Positions 25,501 through 34,164 of a stretch of DNA of 42,735 nucleotides are shown here, piece after piece. The position numbers and the translations under genes are program-made. The stretch spans positions 1-42,735 of the IMG/VR virus record IMGVR_UViG_3300045988_164138. One strand, 5' to 3'. The DNA comes from a virus. The notes under the pieces are model-generated. The model was not told the origin of the DNA and ran no database searches. It worked only from the letters and a program-made list of their open reading frames with translations. Position 1 is the stretch's first letter. Each line of letters opens with the position of its first letter.

Positions 25501-26979
25501 TTCGCCGGCGTACATGAGATTGAGCTGCGCGGTCTCCACCACATCTCTGACTTTCGCCACGGTCATTGCGTTAATGGCCGTAGTGACACGCCCTGCGACG
25601 CCGGCTACGCCTTCCATGTCATTCAACCATTGCTGCATTGAGGACATGACCATAACGGCTTTCCATGCCGTAAACGCAGCCGCAATACTGTAAACCGCCA
25701 CTTTACTATTGAGAATAGCGACGGTCAGACTTTCCATGAATTGGACGAGGCTGCTGTTCGCGATGGTGCTGAGAGCGGTAGCAATGCCGGGGACGAGTGT
25801 CCCGACAATGAATTTGCCGAGCTCGACGAAACTGTTACGAACATTAGTGATGTACGAGATAATTCCGGAGTCTTTGTCGAATCCGAAAATCGTCCCAGTG
25901 AAATCACCGGACAGAAGCAAATCTTTAAGATTCTTCAACGACGGGACGAGCGTTTTGTTGATCCATTCCCCCGCGGCGGCAGCAGCGTCACGCATGCGGA
26001 AAAGAAAATCAACGAAGCTCGAATCTTCCTCGAATGAGAAGATCGGACCGGTGAAGTCGCCCTTGCGGATAATGTTGAAAGCATTCGTAATACTGGGGAT
26101 GAACGAGTTACTCACCCAGTTGAATACTTTTTCGAACCCTTTGCTCATGGCGTCGAGGGATGCGGTAATCCACGGGAGTGCTTTTTCGGCGATTTCCTGC
26201 GCCCCGGTCACAAGGGTCGCCTTGAAATTCCCCCAAGCACCTTCCAGGGTTTTGGTGGATGTAGCGGCCTCAATGGCCACGTCCTCCATACCGAGGTCGA
26301 GGATTGCTTGGTTGAATTCCTCGGCGGTGATTTCACCTTTTTCCATGGCTTCCCGGAAATTGCCCGTGTAGGCGCCATTCTTTTTCATGGCTTCCTGCAA
26401 TTTACCGGACGCGCCTGGAATGGCGTCGGAAAGCTGGTTCCAGTTCTCTGTGGTGAGTTTTCCAGCGCCCGCGGTCTGCGTCATGACGAGGCCGACCGTT
26501 TTGAACGTCTGCGCATTTCCGCCTGCAACGGCGTTCAGGTTACCGGCCGCCTCTGCGAGCTTATCGTAGCCCTTTACACCGTTGGATGCGAGCTGTGCGG
26601 TGATTGATTGAATGTCGTCGAGCTCGTAAATTGTGCGGTCTGCGTAGGAGCGTGTGCTTTTTGTGAGCGCGTTGATTTCGTCAGCGCTTTTACCAGCGAA
26701 TGCGAGCGTTTGTTTGAATTTGATTGTGGCGTCGGCTGCGTTGAATGCTTCTTTTGCGACGCCGCCGAACGCGACTGCGATGCCGCCGATGGCGAGCCCT
26801 CCAAGCGCAGCGCCGGCGACTTTTGCCACCGATTTGAACGCGCCACCCAGCCCGGACGTGATTTTCCTTTCGGCCGGGCCGGTGTCGACGTTGCCGATTT
26901 CGCTATTGATACTTCGGGCGAGGCCTCGCACGGACGGGCTGATCTGAATCCATGCGGTCCCGAGATCATATCCGGCCAT
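22549..26979 (-). CDS. tape measure protein with a C-terminal NlpC/P60 peptidoglycan hydrolase domain
   Basis: 1476 aa with TM-like central helices and tandem W-rich repeats. GGYASGGVLPGYSPGRD motif. YVWGGVSPGGGLDCSGLVYW ... HHVAIASGNGMMVEAP (NlpC/P60 Cys-His) at about 22810-23118. Confidence 0.9.
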   Translation of the reverse strand: MAGYDLGTAWIQISPSVRGLARSINSEIGNVDTGPAERKITSGLGGAFKSVAKVAGAALGGLAIGGIAVAFGGVAKEAFNAADATIKFKQTLAFAGKSADEINALTKSTRSYADRTIYELDDIQSITAQLASNGVKGYDKLAEAAGNLNAVAGGNAQTFKTVGLVMTQTAGAGKLTTENWNQLSDAIPGASGKLQEAMKKNGAYTGNFREAMEKGEITAEEFNQAILDLGMEDVAIEAATSTKTLEGAWGNFKATLVTGAQEIAEKALPWITASLDAMSKGFEKVFNWVSNSFIPSITNAFNIIRKGDFTGPIFSFEEDSSFVDFLFRMRDAAAAAGEWINKTLVPSLKNLKDLLLSGDFTGTIFGFDKDSGIISYITNVRNSFVELGKFIVGTLVPGIATALSTIANSSLVQFMESLTVAILNSKVAVYSIAAAFTAWKAVMVMSSMQQWLNDMEGVAGVAGRVTTAINAMTVAKVRDVVETAQLNLMYAGEFLSNIARATTQITMQAVAWGRATAMMVLHKTATIASTAAQWAFNAAMDANPIGLVVIAIAALVAAIIVAWQNSETFRNVVISCWEAIKTAAGAVADWFAANVWPLMQVAWDGIVAGAQWMWGVMVSVWQGMQPVIQAVVDWIVGTAWPALQAAWDGIVAGAQWVWNGIVGAWQGIQPVIQAVVDWIVNTAWPNLQAAWDGISAGAMIVWNGMVAAWQGISDIIRPVVDWIVNVAALYLTTAWDAISWGVSALWSTIQWAWDAIWAAIMPVATQIYNDIWPMVVGAFNAIKDTASMMWADIQIAWTAIQTAIQPVADWIYNTVWPWVVGAFNAIKDTAANMWSNIQVAWAAIQAAMQPVVEWIYYTAWPWVVDTFNTIKDTASSLWGTISAAWNGIWATIQPVVDWIYNIAWPWVVGAFNAIKDTASIMWGSLSATWNGIWAVMQPVVNWIQTYAAPVISVAWEIISTGAKILGGIIAFVFASIIAAVTMGVAVIQGAATTISAAWNTVVSWTSWLKNMVVSAWNILKGEIQIVKDWIANTLVPAITSAWDRVVAAANTMKDGVRTAWDKIKEAAAKPVNFVIGTVYNNGLRKLVNGMMEKLSLDLRLPEAPTIGGYASGGVLPGYSPGRDIYHFVSPDGGGRLALSGGEAIMRPEWVKAVGGPAMVNAMNRAAAHGDRIPGGDAGYAAFAPGGIWDPVKSTVEKGASAALNWITGAADAVSSIFSDPIGAVETVIKAPVHKLLDSWGGDGAKPFFDAGKAGVDKTIDALGDWIKDHMPVVSGFGGGIGAIGAAAGDLVNTARRAIGTPYVWGGVSPGGGLDCSGLVYWALNAMGIHVPRLTAAGYQAMSSPGNPMVPGTLLFWGYPAHHVAIASGNGMMVEAPTFGIPVREVPIYGGPSAGNLRYDNGGFLQPGLSTIENKTGRPEPVFTSAQWEKMDKLINLLENRALGPDVLEIRDVDNDLVGRMQVEATSAIVDYDRMNR
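24115..25257 (-). repeat. about nine tandem 44-aa (132-bp) repeats inside the tape measure gene
   Basis: Two repeat flavours: AWDGIVAGAQW.W......WQG.QPVIQAVVDWIV.TAWP.LQA, and WPWVVGAFNAIKDTA..MW...Q.AW.AIQ...QPV.DWIYNT. They span aa ~575-955 by my count. Confidence 0.8.
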
Positions 26980-27072
26980 CGATACCTCTCCGAAATCATG
27001 TGTAGCGAAAATGGTTCACGCCAATCTTTGTCTTGGCGTGAACCATTTTACACTATCCGATAGAAACGCGGC

Positions 27073-27794
27073 TTACTTGCCGTATCGGGCGAGCCATTTC
27101 TCACCCTTAGCTTTCTGCGCTTTAGCGTGCTTGCTTGACACTCTGGGGTTACCGGTTTCCCGGTATCCTTCAGCAGGTGGCTTCGGCGCTTCAGGCCATT
27201 TATCTTTCTTTACCCCATTGACGGCGAGTAGCGTGGTCTGGATATTATGTGCTGACATTATTGTGGCGGCTACTTCGTCGGACCAGTATCTGTCTCCGCC
27301 TCGCGCTCTATCGAATGTCGACCCGGGCGGGAGGCCGCCGATGAGTGCCATTACCCGCCGCGGGGTTATTCTGCCTCGATACAAGTCGAGAAGATCTGTG
27401 TTGTAGTATCGTTGCAGGTCGGCTTCTATCTCCCACCCATACTCGCGGAGTAGTGGTGGGAGAATTGTCAGTTTCCCGCGCCCACCTCGGACACGATTGA
27501 CTGCATAAAGTCGGTCACCGCATCGATTGGAACGCGACCGTTCTCGTCTTCCAGAGCAGAGTAGACCTCATCTTTGTGGTCGCCTACGATGAGGCGGAAA
27601 AGCGGGAAAGGGTTGCCTGCGTCGAGGGCCTCGAATGCGCGGAAGTCTTCCAGCGCCTCCGGAGGAATGTCGAACTCGATCCCCTCGTAGTCCACGTGAA
27701 TCGGGTCGCGCGTAGCCTCAGCCTTGGCCAACCTGTCAGCCGGCGCCTTAGCTCCAGCGGCCTTTGCCTTGCTCTTCGTATCCTTGTCAGACAT
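27073..27794 (-). CDS. tail assembly chaperone G-T fusion made by -1 programmed frameshift
   Basis: After slipping on G GGA AAC, the -1 frame reads GKLTILPPLLREYGWEIEADLQRYYNTDLLDLYRGRITPRRV..., continuous with ORF 27073-27384. Confidence 0.75.
27468..27794 (-). CDS. tail assembly chaperone (gpG equivalent)
   Basis: 108-aa acidic protein between the major tail and tape measure genes. It ends in GGG AAA C TGA. Confidence 0.75.
   Translation of the reverse strand: MSDKDTKSKAKAAGAKAPADRLAKAEATRDPIHVDYEGIEFDIPPEALEDFRAFEALDAGNPFPLFRLIVGDHKDEVYSALEDENGRVPIDAVTDFMQSIVSEVGAGN
27471..27477 (-). other. -1 frameshift slippery heptamer GGGAAAC
   Basis: The plus strand gtttccc at 27471-27477 equals minus GGGAAAC (X XXY YYZ form), immediately before the gpG stop. 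Confidence 0.75.
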
Positions 27795-27851
27795 AATGGG
27801 TTGTCCTCAAAATTGTTTCATAAAGTGGGTGGGTTGTGTTTGTTTTTGGAT

Positions 27852-27902
27852 CTTCCCCGCTATTCCGCGACAACCCATCCGAAACACGGAATAGCGGGGA
27901 AG
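27852..27902 (-). terminator. 16-bp hairpin just downstream of the major tail gene (attenuator candidate)
   Basis: cttccccgctattccg (19-nt loop) cggaatagcggggaag. No T-run on the minus strand. Confidence 0.45.
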
Positions 27903-27910
27903 CATAATTG

Positions 27911-28495
27911 TCAGGCGGGGAACAGGGCCTTGTGGTCGGAGTAGATAATGTAGTCGCCCAGCACGGAGAGGTTGTACTCGTATCCGGTGATCTCAGCCTG
28001 CTGGAAAGTAATCTCGCCGCGCTCACCGAGCTCAAGACGCGGGAAAACAATACGAATCTGCGCACCCACACCAGAAACGTCGAAGAAATCTGCGACACCG
28101 CAGAGGAGCTTAACCTTACGGGAAGACTTCGCGGTGATCTTCACACCCTTGGTGGCGCCCCCATCCTCAACCTTCTCACTAGTAGCGTCAAGATACCAAG
28201 AGAGAGGAGCAAGCATGGTCTCCAGGAGAGTGGCGCTGAAAGTCGTCTCCGAGGAGTCGAGGAACGTCTTGACGACACCGTGGCCCTGGTGTCCCTTGAT
28301 CTTGGTGACGGAGTCGTCAGACGTAAGCTTGAACCCATCCTCACTGATCCACCCAACATTGGTGAGACCGGTCACGCCGGAGAGGTCCTGGGTGAGTGAC
28401 GTGACCTTTTCGCCGAACTTCTCAACGTAGTCGCCCAGCCAGAGCGCGTCATTGTCGGACGAGAAAATGAGTGCATTGTCAGCGTTAACAGCCAT
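27911..28495 (-). CDS. major tail protein
   Basis: 194 aa, directly upstream of the G/G-T chaperone genes. RBS aggtga. Confidence 0.75.
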   Translation of the reverse strand: MAVNADNALIFSSDNDALWLGDYVEKFGEKVTSLTQDLSGVTGLTNVGWISEDGFKLTSDDSVTKIKGHQGHGVVKTFLDSSETTFSATLLETMLAPLSWYLDATSEKVEDGGATKGVKITAKSSRKVKLLCGVADFFDVSGVGAQIRIVFPRLELGERGEITFQQAEITGYEYNLSVLGDYIIYSDHKALFPA

Positions 28496-28502
28496 TATTT
28501 GT

Positions 28503-28892
28503 TCACCTGTGTGCTGTAATTGTTAATGTTGCAGTCGCCCTCGCCTGAGACGTGTCCGGATCGGGCATTTCTATCGGATAGGATGATTGTACCATCACTA
28601 TACCATCCTGATAGTTCGGCATAGTGTGCGCCACATTCACGGCCTCGCACGCGATTTTCATCGCCTCACCCGACGACTGCGCATAGGCGTCGATCGTTTC
28701 CAATGCGGTGCAGAGTGCTTTCTGTGTGACACCGGTACCTCCTGTGGAGAGGACTCGAATGAATGCGGTGGGACGGTCTGGACTTTCGGGGCGGCGAGCC
28801 ACGATCGGCACGTTCATGTGTGTGGACAGGAAGTCCATGAGTCGCTTCTTTATGTCCGGCACCGTGGGTGCGCGATCGTATGTTGGGCTCAT
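28503..28892 (-). CDS. tail terminator / tail completion protein (by position)
   Basis: 129 aa. ATGA overlap with the upstream gene. Confidence 0.5.
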   Translation of the reverse strand: MSPTYDRAPTVPDIKKRLMDFLSTHMNVPIVARRPESPDRPTAFIRVLSTGGTGVTQKALCTALETIDAYAQSSGEAMKIACEAVNVAHTMPNYQDGIVMVQSSYPIEMPDPDTSQARATATLTITAHR

Positions 28893-29143
28893 TTCCCGCC
28901 GCCCATTGTGAGGCCAATCGCACGCTCCAGTGTGTGTTCTCTCATCTGTTTACGCATTGCGGCAATGGTGCGCGCCCTAACGTATCCGCGGGTACGATTT
29001 CCATGCGTCATCTCGCCCTCGAATCCGCGACCGGCGGCGTTGGCTACACGCCCGGTCTCTAATGCTACGGTTCGGGCTACGTCAGGGCCGCGCAGAAGAT
29101 CGGCGACACCGTCACGGTTGAGCTGGAATTTTACTTTCGGCAT
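28889..29143 (-). CDS. HK97 gp10-like neck/tail component
   Basis: 84 aa, MPKVKFQLNRDGVADLL...GYVRARTIAAMR pattern. Assigned by position. Confidence 0.45.
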   Translation of the reverse strand: MPKVKFQLNRDGVADLLRGPDVARTVALETGRVANAAGRGFEGEMTHGNRTRGYVRARTIAAMRKQMREHTLERAIGLTMGGGK

Positions 29144-29472
29144 TATTCGCTCACCTTGTCTTCGTTGGCGCGAATCTGCACGACCATTCCCTTGGGGTAG
29201 GGGGAAGGACGGCCCTCGACACGGTATTCTATGCCGTCTACAATTAGGTGATCTTCTGCGGTCACGTCAATTGTGGTATTCCGCCAGTAAAGGGCGGCGG
29301 GCACGGTGACGGGCATCGCCCCGGCACTGATCGGCTCAGTAGATGTGGCCGGCGCAAACACGGCAGGTGGCAGAGCAACGTTCTCCCACTGTCCTGGCAC
29401 GGGATTCCCGTACTGGTCTTTCGACGCGGGTCCTCTTCTGCGTCGCGTGACGGGCACGTATCCGGACAGCAT
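29143..29472 (-). CDS. head closure (stopper) protein
   Basis: 109 aa. TAATG overlap with the upstream gene. Assigned by position. Confidence 0.5.
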   Translation of the reverse strand: MLSGYVPVTRRRRGPASKDQYGNPVPGQWENVALPPAVFAPATSTEPISAGAMPVTVPAALYWRNTTIDVTAEDHLIVDGIEYRVEGRPSPYPKGMVVQIRANEDKVSE

Positions 29473-29957
29473 TACTGTTCCTGCCCGCTGATCGCGTTAA
29501 TGTCTTCGATCAGCTGATCCGTAGCAGACCGCACATCGTAATCCTGCAGGAGGTCTACCTCGAACGCCCCGCCAGAGCCTCCGAGGGCGTCTTTTTCCTC
29601 ACGTTTCAGGTAGAGGCCGCCTTCAGGATTCTGATACGTAAACTGATCACTGAACGGGCCGGTCGTGTGTGATTCTGACGCGATAATTCCGTGGGGTTCA
29701 GAGTAGATTCCGCCGCCACTGTCTGTGACGCCTCCGATAGCATCTCCGCCCTGCATTGCGCGGCGCACCACAGCGCATGCTACACGCTTCCGCGTGCGAG
29801 GCGTGGCGGATTCCCAGCGGGGGCATTTCGACACGATAAGGTCGGTTGCGTCGGCGAGGAGTACGTCGGCGCGGATACGCTCATTGTCGGAGAGCGCCCG
29901 CCACCGCGCTTCTAGGTCTTCGACTGTGGCGAACGGGATAATGTCGTCGGGGATCAC
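29472..29957 (-). CDS. head-tail adaptor (gp6-like connector)
   Basis: ATVEDLEARWRALSDNERIRADVLLADATDLI is typical of gp6-like connectors. GTGA overlap with the upstream gene. Confidence 0.6.
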   Translation of the reverse strand: MIPDDIIPFATVEDLEARWRALSDNERIRADVLLADATDLIVSKCPRWESATPRTRKRVACAVVRRAMQGGDAIGGVTDSGGGIYSEPHGIIASESHTTGPFSDQFTYQNPEGGLYLKREEKDALGGSGGAFEVDLLQDYDVRSATDQLIEDINAISGQEQ

Positions 29958-30166
29958 TTGGCGGACTTTCTGGGGCGGCCTCGTCCCCGGCGAGGGGTAG
30001 GTGCCGGCGAGGCAGTGCGAGAGGAGGAGGGGGAGGGGGGCTCGTCTGCCTCGCCGGCGTCATCATTCCCGGGGGTAATTTCGGTGTATTCGTCTCCGAG
30101 CATCACATTGTGATCGTCCGCGAGATGGATCACAATGTCGTGGTCTCGGTGTTTGTAGGATCGCAT
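29954..30166 (-). CDS. small acidic protein with a C-terminal AT-hook-like motif
   Basis: 70 aa ending in PRRGRGRPRKSAK (GRP core flanked by R/K). Confidence 0.5.
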   Translation of the reverse strand: MRSYKHRDHDIVIHLADDHNVMLGDEYTEITPGNDDAGEADEPPSPSSSRTASPAPTPRRGRGRPRKSAK

Positions 30167-30236
30167 TTCCGGAATCGCCCCTGGGAAAGATTTTGCTTTG
30201 GATGGGTTGTGTTATTTTTTCTTTACGGCGATTTTA

Positions 30237-31169
30237 TCAGGCGCCGGCCTTGGTCTTAATCGTCGCGAACTTGTCCGGGAAAACGTACCAAGCGTACAGA
30301 ATCTCAAGGCGGAGAGCGATCTGGTTCCGGCGCTTCAGGTCACCCTGACCGTCCGGGTCGCCGAAACGGATAATCTCGAGCGGCAGAGACCGCTGAATCC
30401 CCCACCGAATACCGTCCACAAAATCACCGACGATACCCTCGACATTGGTAGCGGCGGTAGCCTCAGGCTTGCCAGCAACAGTGTTTCCAGCGGCGACCGG
30501 AAGCCCCATGAAATTATCAATGTCGACGCCGAGGCCGATCTGCGGGTAACGCGGCGTACCCGAAGGAGAACCGTCAGCATTCTTGGTCTGGAGGCTGCCG
30601 AGCGCCCAAACGGCGGACGGGGCCAAAGCGAGGCCGGTGGGAGTAATCGGCGCAGCGTTGTCGTTAATGAGCAGACCAGCGGCCTGGCGGATCGCCTGGT
30701 CCATCTCCGTAGTGCCGATCTCGACATTCTTGGTGGTGGAGGTCAGGTAGTTGTTCCACGCGTCGATAACGGCGCCCGTCAGCGGGTTAACACGGTGGTA
30801 AAGGCCGAGGTCGAGGGCACGGGAAAGCGCCTCACCGCCCTTCTGTGCGAGCTGGTTGAGGACGTCCAACTGATAGTCCTCGTCGGCCCACTGGACCTCC
30901 TCGTTGAATCGCATAGTGACCTGAGCCTTGTGCGGCTTAGCGGTCACGTAACCGAATTCACCGGAGGTGGGTGCCTTCTCGGCGCCCTCGTCGACGAACT
31001 CGGCGCACGGGAAATTATCGAAAGTGATAATGTCCACGTCGCCGAAGGTCATGGGGATTCCGCCGTTGAGCTTGGCGACGGTGGAGAGGGTCTGGGTGCG
31101 AGCAATGATCCCGTCGGCGATCTGCCGAGGCATGAGGACCTTTGCCTTGCCTGAATCAAACACGGCCAT
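30237..31169 (-). CDS. major capsid protein
   Basis: 310 aa, directly after the scaffold gene. Strongly C/G-ending codons suggest high expression. Confidence 0.8.
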   Translation of the reverse strand: MAVFDSGKAKVLMPRQIADGIIARTQTLSTVAKLNGGIPMTFGDVDIITFDNFPCAEFVDEGAEKAPTSGEFGYVTAKPHKAQVTMRFNEEVQWADEDYQLDVLNQLAQKGGEALSRALDLGLYHRVNPLTGAVIDAWNNYLTSTTKNVEIGTTEMDQAIRQAAGLLINDNAAPITPTGLALAPSAVWALGSLQTKNADGSPSGTPRYPQIGLGVDIDNFMGLPVAAGNTVAGKPEATAATNVEGIVGDFVDGIRWGIQRSLPLEIIRFGDPDGQGDLKRRNQIALRLEILYAWYVFPDKFATIKTKAGA

Positions 31170-31228
31170 TTTTGTTGGTTTCCGTTTCTTTCTAGTGTTT
31201 ACTTTTTTAGAATGGCGGCTAGTGTGTT

Positions 31229-31714
31229 TTAGTCGCCGGCGAAAACGTTCCGAGCGAATTCTGCAAGATTGCCGCCGTGATTGTCGGGCGTGGCTCCGGC
31301 TTGTGGTACCACGGGGGCAACAGACGGTTTAGCGTCGTGCAGTGCCTTGGCGATTGCGGCGGCATGAGCGTTGATTTCGTCCTCGGTTGTTCCTCGGATA
31401 AGATCGGCGCTGATGCCGTGTTCTGCGGCTGCGTTGGCGGACCATTCGCGGACTTTGGCGTCGGTTTCGAAGTCGGCCACCTTTGCTTTTAGGGCTTCGA
31501 TTGTGGCGTCTTTGTCGCCGATTGCCTTGGCGAGCTCGTCTCGTTCGTTGGCGGCGCGCCCGTTCTCTTTGGCGCGGTTCTTCCACTTCCGGGACTCGCT
31601 CTTCCAGTCGATTTCAGGCTTACTAGCGGCAGCATTGTCCTCATTCTTGGGGGCATTGTCGTCGTTAGTGGCACTGTTGTCTGCTTGCGTGTCGCTTGCG
31701 GCATTGTCGCGCAT
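31229..31714 (-). CDS. scaffolding protein
   Basis: 161 aa, acidic and helical (ERDELAKAIGDKDATIEALKAKVADFETDAKVREW). Assigned by position. Confidence 0.7.
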   Translation of the reverse strand: MRDNAASDTQADNSATNDDNAPKNEDNAAASKPEIDWKSESRKWKNRAKENGRAANERDELAKAIGDKDATIEALKAKVADFETDAKVREWSANAAAEHGISADLIRGTTEDEINAHAAAIAKALHDAKPSVAPVVPQAGATPDNHGGNLAEFARNVFAGD

Positions 31715-31823
31715 TGGGCGTTTCCTATATTTTGACCGTGCGGTTATTGTGATGTTTTCAGGCAGCTATTTTCGGGCTTTGCAGCCGTCCTTCACTGGCC
31801 TTTGTTTATGCATTGTAGCACAA

Positions 31824-32549
31824 TCATTCAATTGGCTTTGTGCGCCATTCTGCGAGTTCCTCTTGGTGTGTGTCTATCCACGATGAGACGAGTTCGCGGT
31901 GGCGTTCGCGGCCTTTTTCAGTTTTGTGTCTGGCTGCGAGCGTGTATGCTTTTGCGGGGACTTCACGTGCAGTCGGGTCCCATGCGGGGACGGCGACACA
32001 TTTGCAATTATCGTGCGCCCCGAATGACGCGGTCCCCTGGCTGCGGTAGTAGCATTCGTTCATTGTGAGCATGACGCAGAAATTGCATGCTTGAGGGTTA
32101 CGTGTTCGTCTTTCCCATCCCATTGCTTCTGGGTCGGCCCATGTCATGTCTGCGATTTGCGAGCGGGCGCCGTCGCTGACGTATCGGATGAGTGCCCCGG
32201 TCAAATAGGATAGGGCGATGTCGGGGGTTCCGGCGTATAGTGCTCCTGCGCTGAATCTGACGCTGTCGTCGATTTCGCCTTGCGGTGTGAGTGATGTTTG
32301 TACTGTGGGGGCGTCGCCGGGAATGTCCTGGTCTAGGCGCATGTCGCGGTACCATTCGTCGGCGATTGCGGCGGCCGCCCCACCGTATTGGTCTACGAGG
32401 GCGGGCATGATTTCGAGTAGAAGATCGCGGGCTTGTTCGGGGCGTTGTCTAGCGGCGTGGGACCATAGTGTGTGTAAATCGTTTTGGGCGAGTGTGGTGA
32501 GCGAGTCTATTGCTCGACCGTACGCCCCGATTTCTGCGGTTGATAGCAT
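31824..32549 (-). CDS. MuF/SPP1 gp7-like minor head protein
   Basis: 241 aa directly after the portal gene. CNFCVML...CKCVAVP Cys cluster. Confidence 0.55.
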   Translation of the reverse strand: MLSTAEIGAYGRAIDSLTTLAQNDLHTLWSHAARQRPEQARDLLLEIMPALVDQYGGAAAAIADEWYRDMRLDQDIPGDAPTVQTSLTPQGEIDDSVRFSAGALYAGTPDIALSYLTGALIRYVSDGARSQIADMTWADPEAMGWERRTRNPQACNFCVMLTMNECYYRSQGTASFGAHDNCKCVAVPAWDPTAREVPAKAYTLAARHKTEKGRERHRELVSSWIDTHQEELAEWRTKPIE

Positions 32550-32556
32550 AATGGTG

Positions 32557-34164
32557 TTAGTTTATTGGTGTTTTGGTGCCGCCGGGCAGTTTAATGTTGC
32601 GCCTAACCCGGTTCTTTGTATTGGGTGCGTTATTAAGGCCCAGGTTGCTGCCATTGCCGTTATTGCCAGCATTGTTATTGGCGATGTTATAGGCGTTGTC
32701 ACCATCGGCGTCATTGTCCGTGTCACCGTTCTCGCCGTTCTCGTCCACATTCTCGTTATTCGTGGCGGCGAGAGCGCGATCAAGCAACGAAACTGCATTC
32801 TTTTTGCGATTCTCGGCGTTAATGTCTGCGAGATCATCCTCGGTGAGCCCAGCACGCCGCATAAGAGTCTGCGACTCCTGCAACGACGGGAACGCAGACA
32901 CCATTTTGACCGCGAAATCGGCTGCAGACGACGGCGAGGAATAGCGGGCGGGGGTCCACTTCACAGAAGTCTTCCACGACTCCTGCGGCGGCTCGTCAAG
33001 CTTGTCCCTGACCATAATAATGTTCTGCAGCGTGCGCCGCAACGGTGCAGTAAAAATACGCCACTGATACTCGGCTTCGTCCGCGAGCGCCGCCTCAGCA
33101 GCCTGCATCGCCTCAGCCGAGGCAGGGTTCTCCGCGAATACTCCGATCGCGGACTGAGGAAGATTTGTGGCCGCGCACAAATTCTGCGCCAGCTGCCGGT
33201 ACATTTCCAAGTGCGGGCTCATGGTCATTTGTGAGAATTGCCCAACCGACGGGATATCCCCGTTTTCATTCGGCTCCAAAACTTGGACGCGTGCCATGAT
33301 TGCGGACCACCTGTCTTGGCCGGCAAAATCTGCTCTTTCCGCACCGAGCACGTACCGCTGTGGTGAGGAGAAGAATTCTGCGGACGTTTCTGCGCGGACC
33401 ATTGTCCTCACCGCCGCGTCCGTGAGGTACCTTACTTCACGGGTGATTCGTGAATGCCCCAACGGCCTGTTCAATTGTGGGTCGTAGCAGAGTGCTTCGA
33501 CGAAAATGCGGTTGGGCGTGTCTCCTAGTTTTTCAGCTTTCCATCCGCCGCCGTTCTCTTTGGCGTCGATTCGCCAAATGGCGGTGGGGGTGTGCATGAT
33601 GGCGCCGGCCGGCTGCCCGTATTTGTCGGTCTGATCGATCGTGAGGGCGGCCTCGATTATGCGACGCCTAGTGTCCCAAAGAGCGGCAGACCATTCCGCG
33701 TCACGGGCCTGCACCACAACAGGAGGCTCACCGATGGTCTCATCCCCCCGCGTCACTGTGAGCAATGAGAAAGAATGCTTGTAGGCAGACGTGATCGCCT
33801 GGGCGAGATCAAGATCATAATTGTTTGCAGATAGTATTTCGTTTGCTTCGAAAGCGTCCGGGGCACCGTTCAGGGAATAGCCTTCGAACACATGCCTCCT
33901 GGAGAGCATGGTGACGACTTTCTGAGGCCACCCCAACGCGGCCTTGGTGCGCGTCATTTGTGGCGGAATACTGATCCCCAAATCCTGGAAAGCGCGGTGA
34001 CCGTCATAGTAGACGGAGAGCAGTTTGTTTTTGTTTGAGTGCTGCTGCCATTTCTGCCACAGTTGCAGAAATGTTGCATGGTCTTCACCGGGGAGTCCGG
34101 AAATGCGGGTCGGGGCCGGCGTAGCATTAACGAGTCGTCCATCGTCAGGATAAATTTCAGTCAT
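32557..34164 (-). CDS. portal protein
   Basis: 535 aa. ATGA overlap with the TerL stop. SPP1-type order: portal, MuF, scaffold, capsid. Confidence 0.85.
   Translation of the reverse strand: MTEIYPDDGRLVNATPAPTRISGLPGEDHATFLQLWQKWQQHSNKNKLLSVYYDGHRAFQDLGISIPPQMTRTKAALGWPQKVVTMLSRRHVFEGYSLNGAPDAFEANEILSANNYDLDLAQAITSAYKHSFSLLTVTRGDETIGEPPVVVQARDAEWSAALWDTRRRIIEAALTIDQTDKYGQPAGAIMHTPTAIWRIDAKENGGGWKAEKLGDTPNRIFVEALCYDPQLNRPLGHSRITREVRYLTDAAVRTMVRAETSAEFFSSPQRYVLGAERADFAGQDRWSAIMARVQVLEPNENGDIPSVGQFSQMTMSPHLEMYRQLAQNLCAATNLPQSAIGVFAENPASAEAMQAAEAALADEAEYQWRIFTAPLRRTLQNIIMVRDKLDEPPQESWKTSVKWTPARYSSPSSAADFAVKMVSAFPSLQESQTLMRRAGLTEDDLADINAENRKKNAVSLLDRALAATNNENVDENGENGDTDNDADGDNAYNIANNNAGNNGNGSNLGLNNAPNTKNRVRRNIKLPGGTKTPIN

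Noticed and set aside
23602-26371. Plus-strand ORFs inside the tape measure gene (23602-24336, 24598-25497, 25709-26371 and others)
   Set aside because: They are antisense to a well-supported 1476-aa gene and give repetitive, Pro/Arg/Asp-rich translations that mirror the TMP repeats.
30198-31154. 318-aa plus-strand ORF antisense to the major capsid gene
   Set aside because: It is an antisense shadow of a GC3-rich gene. The minus-strand product fits the capsid position and has a proper start context.
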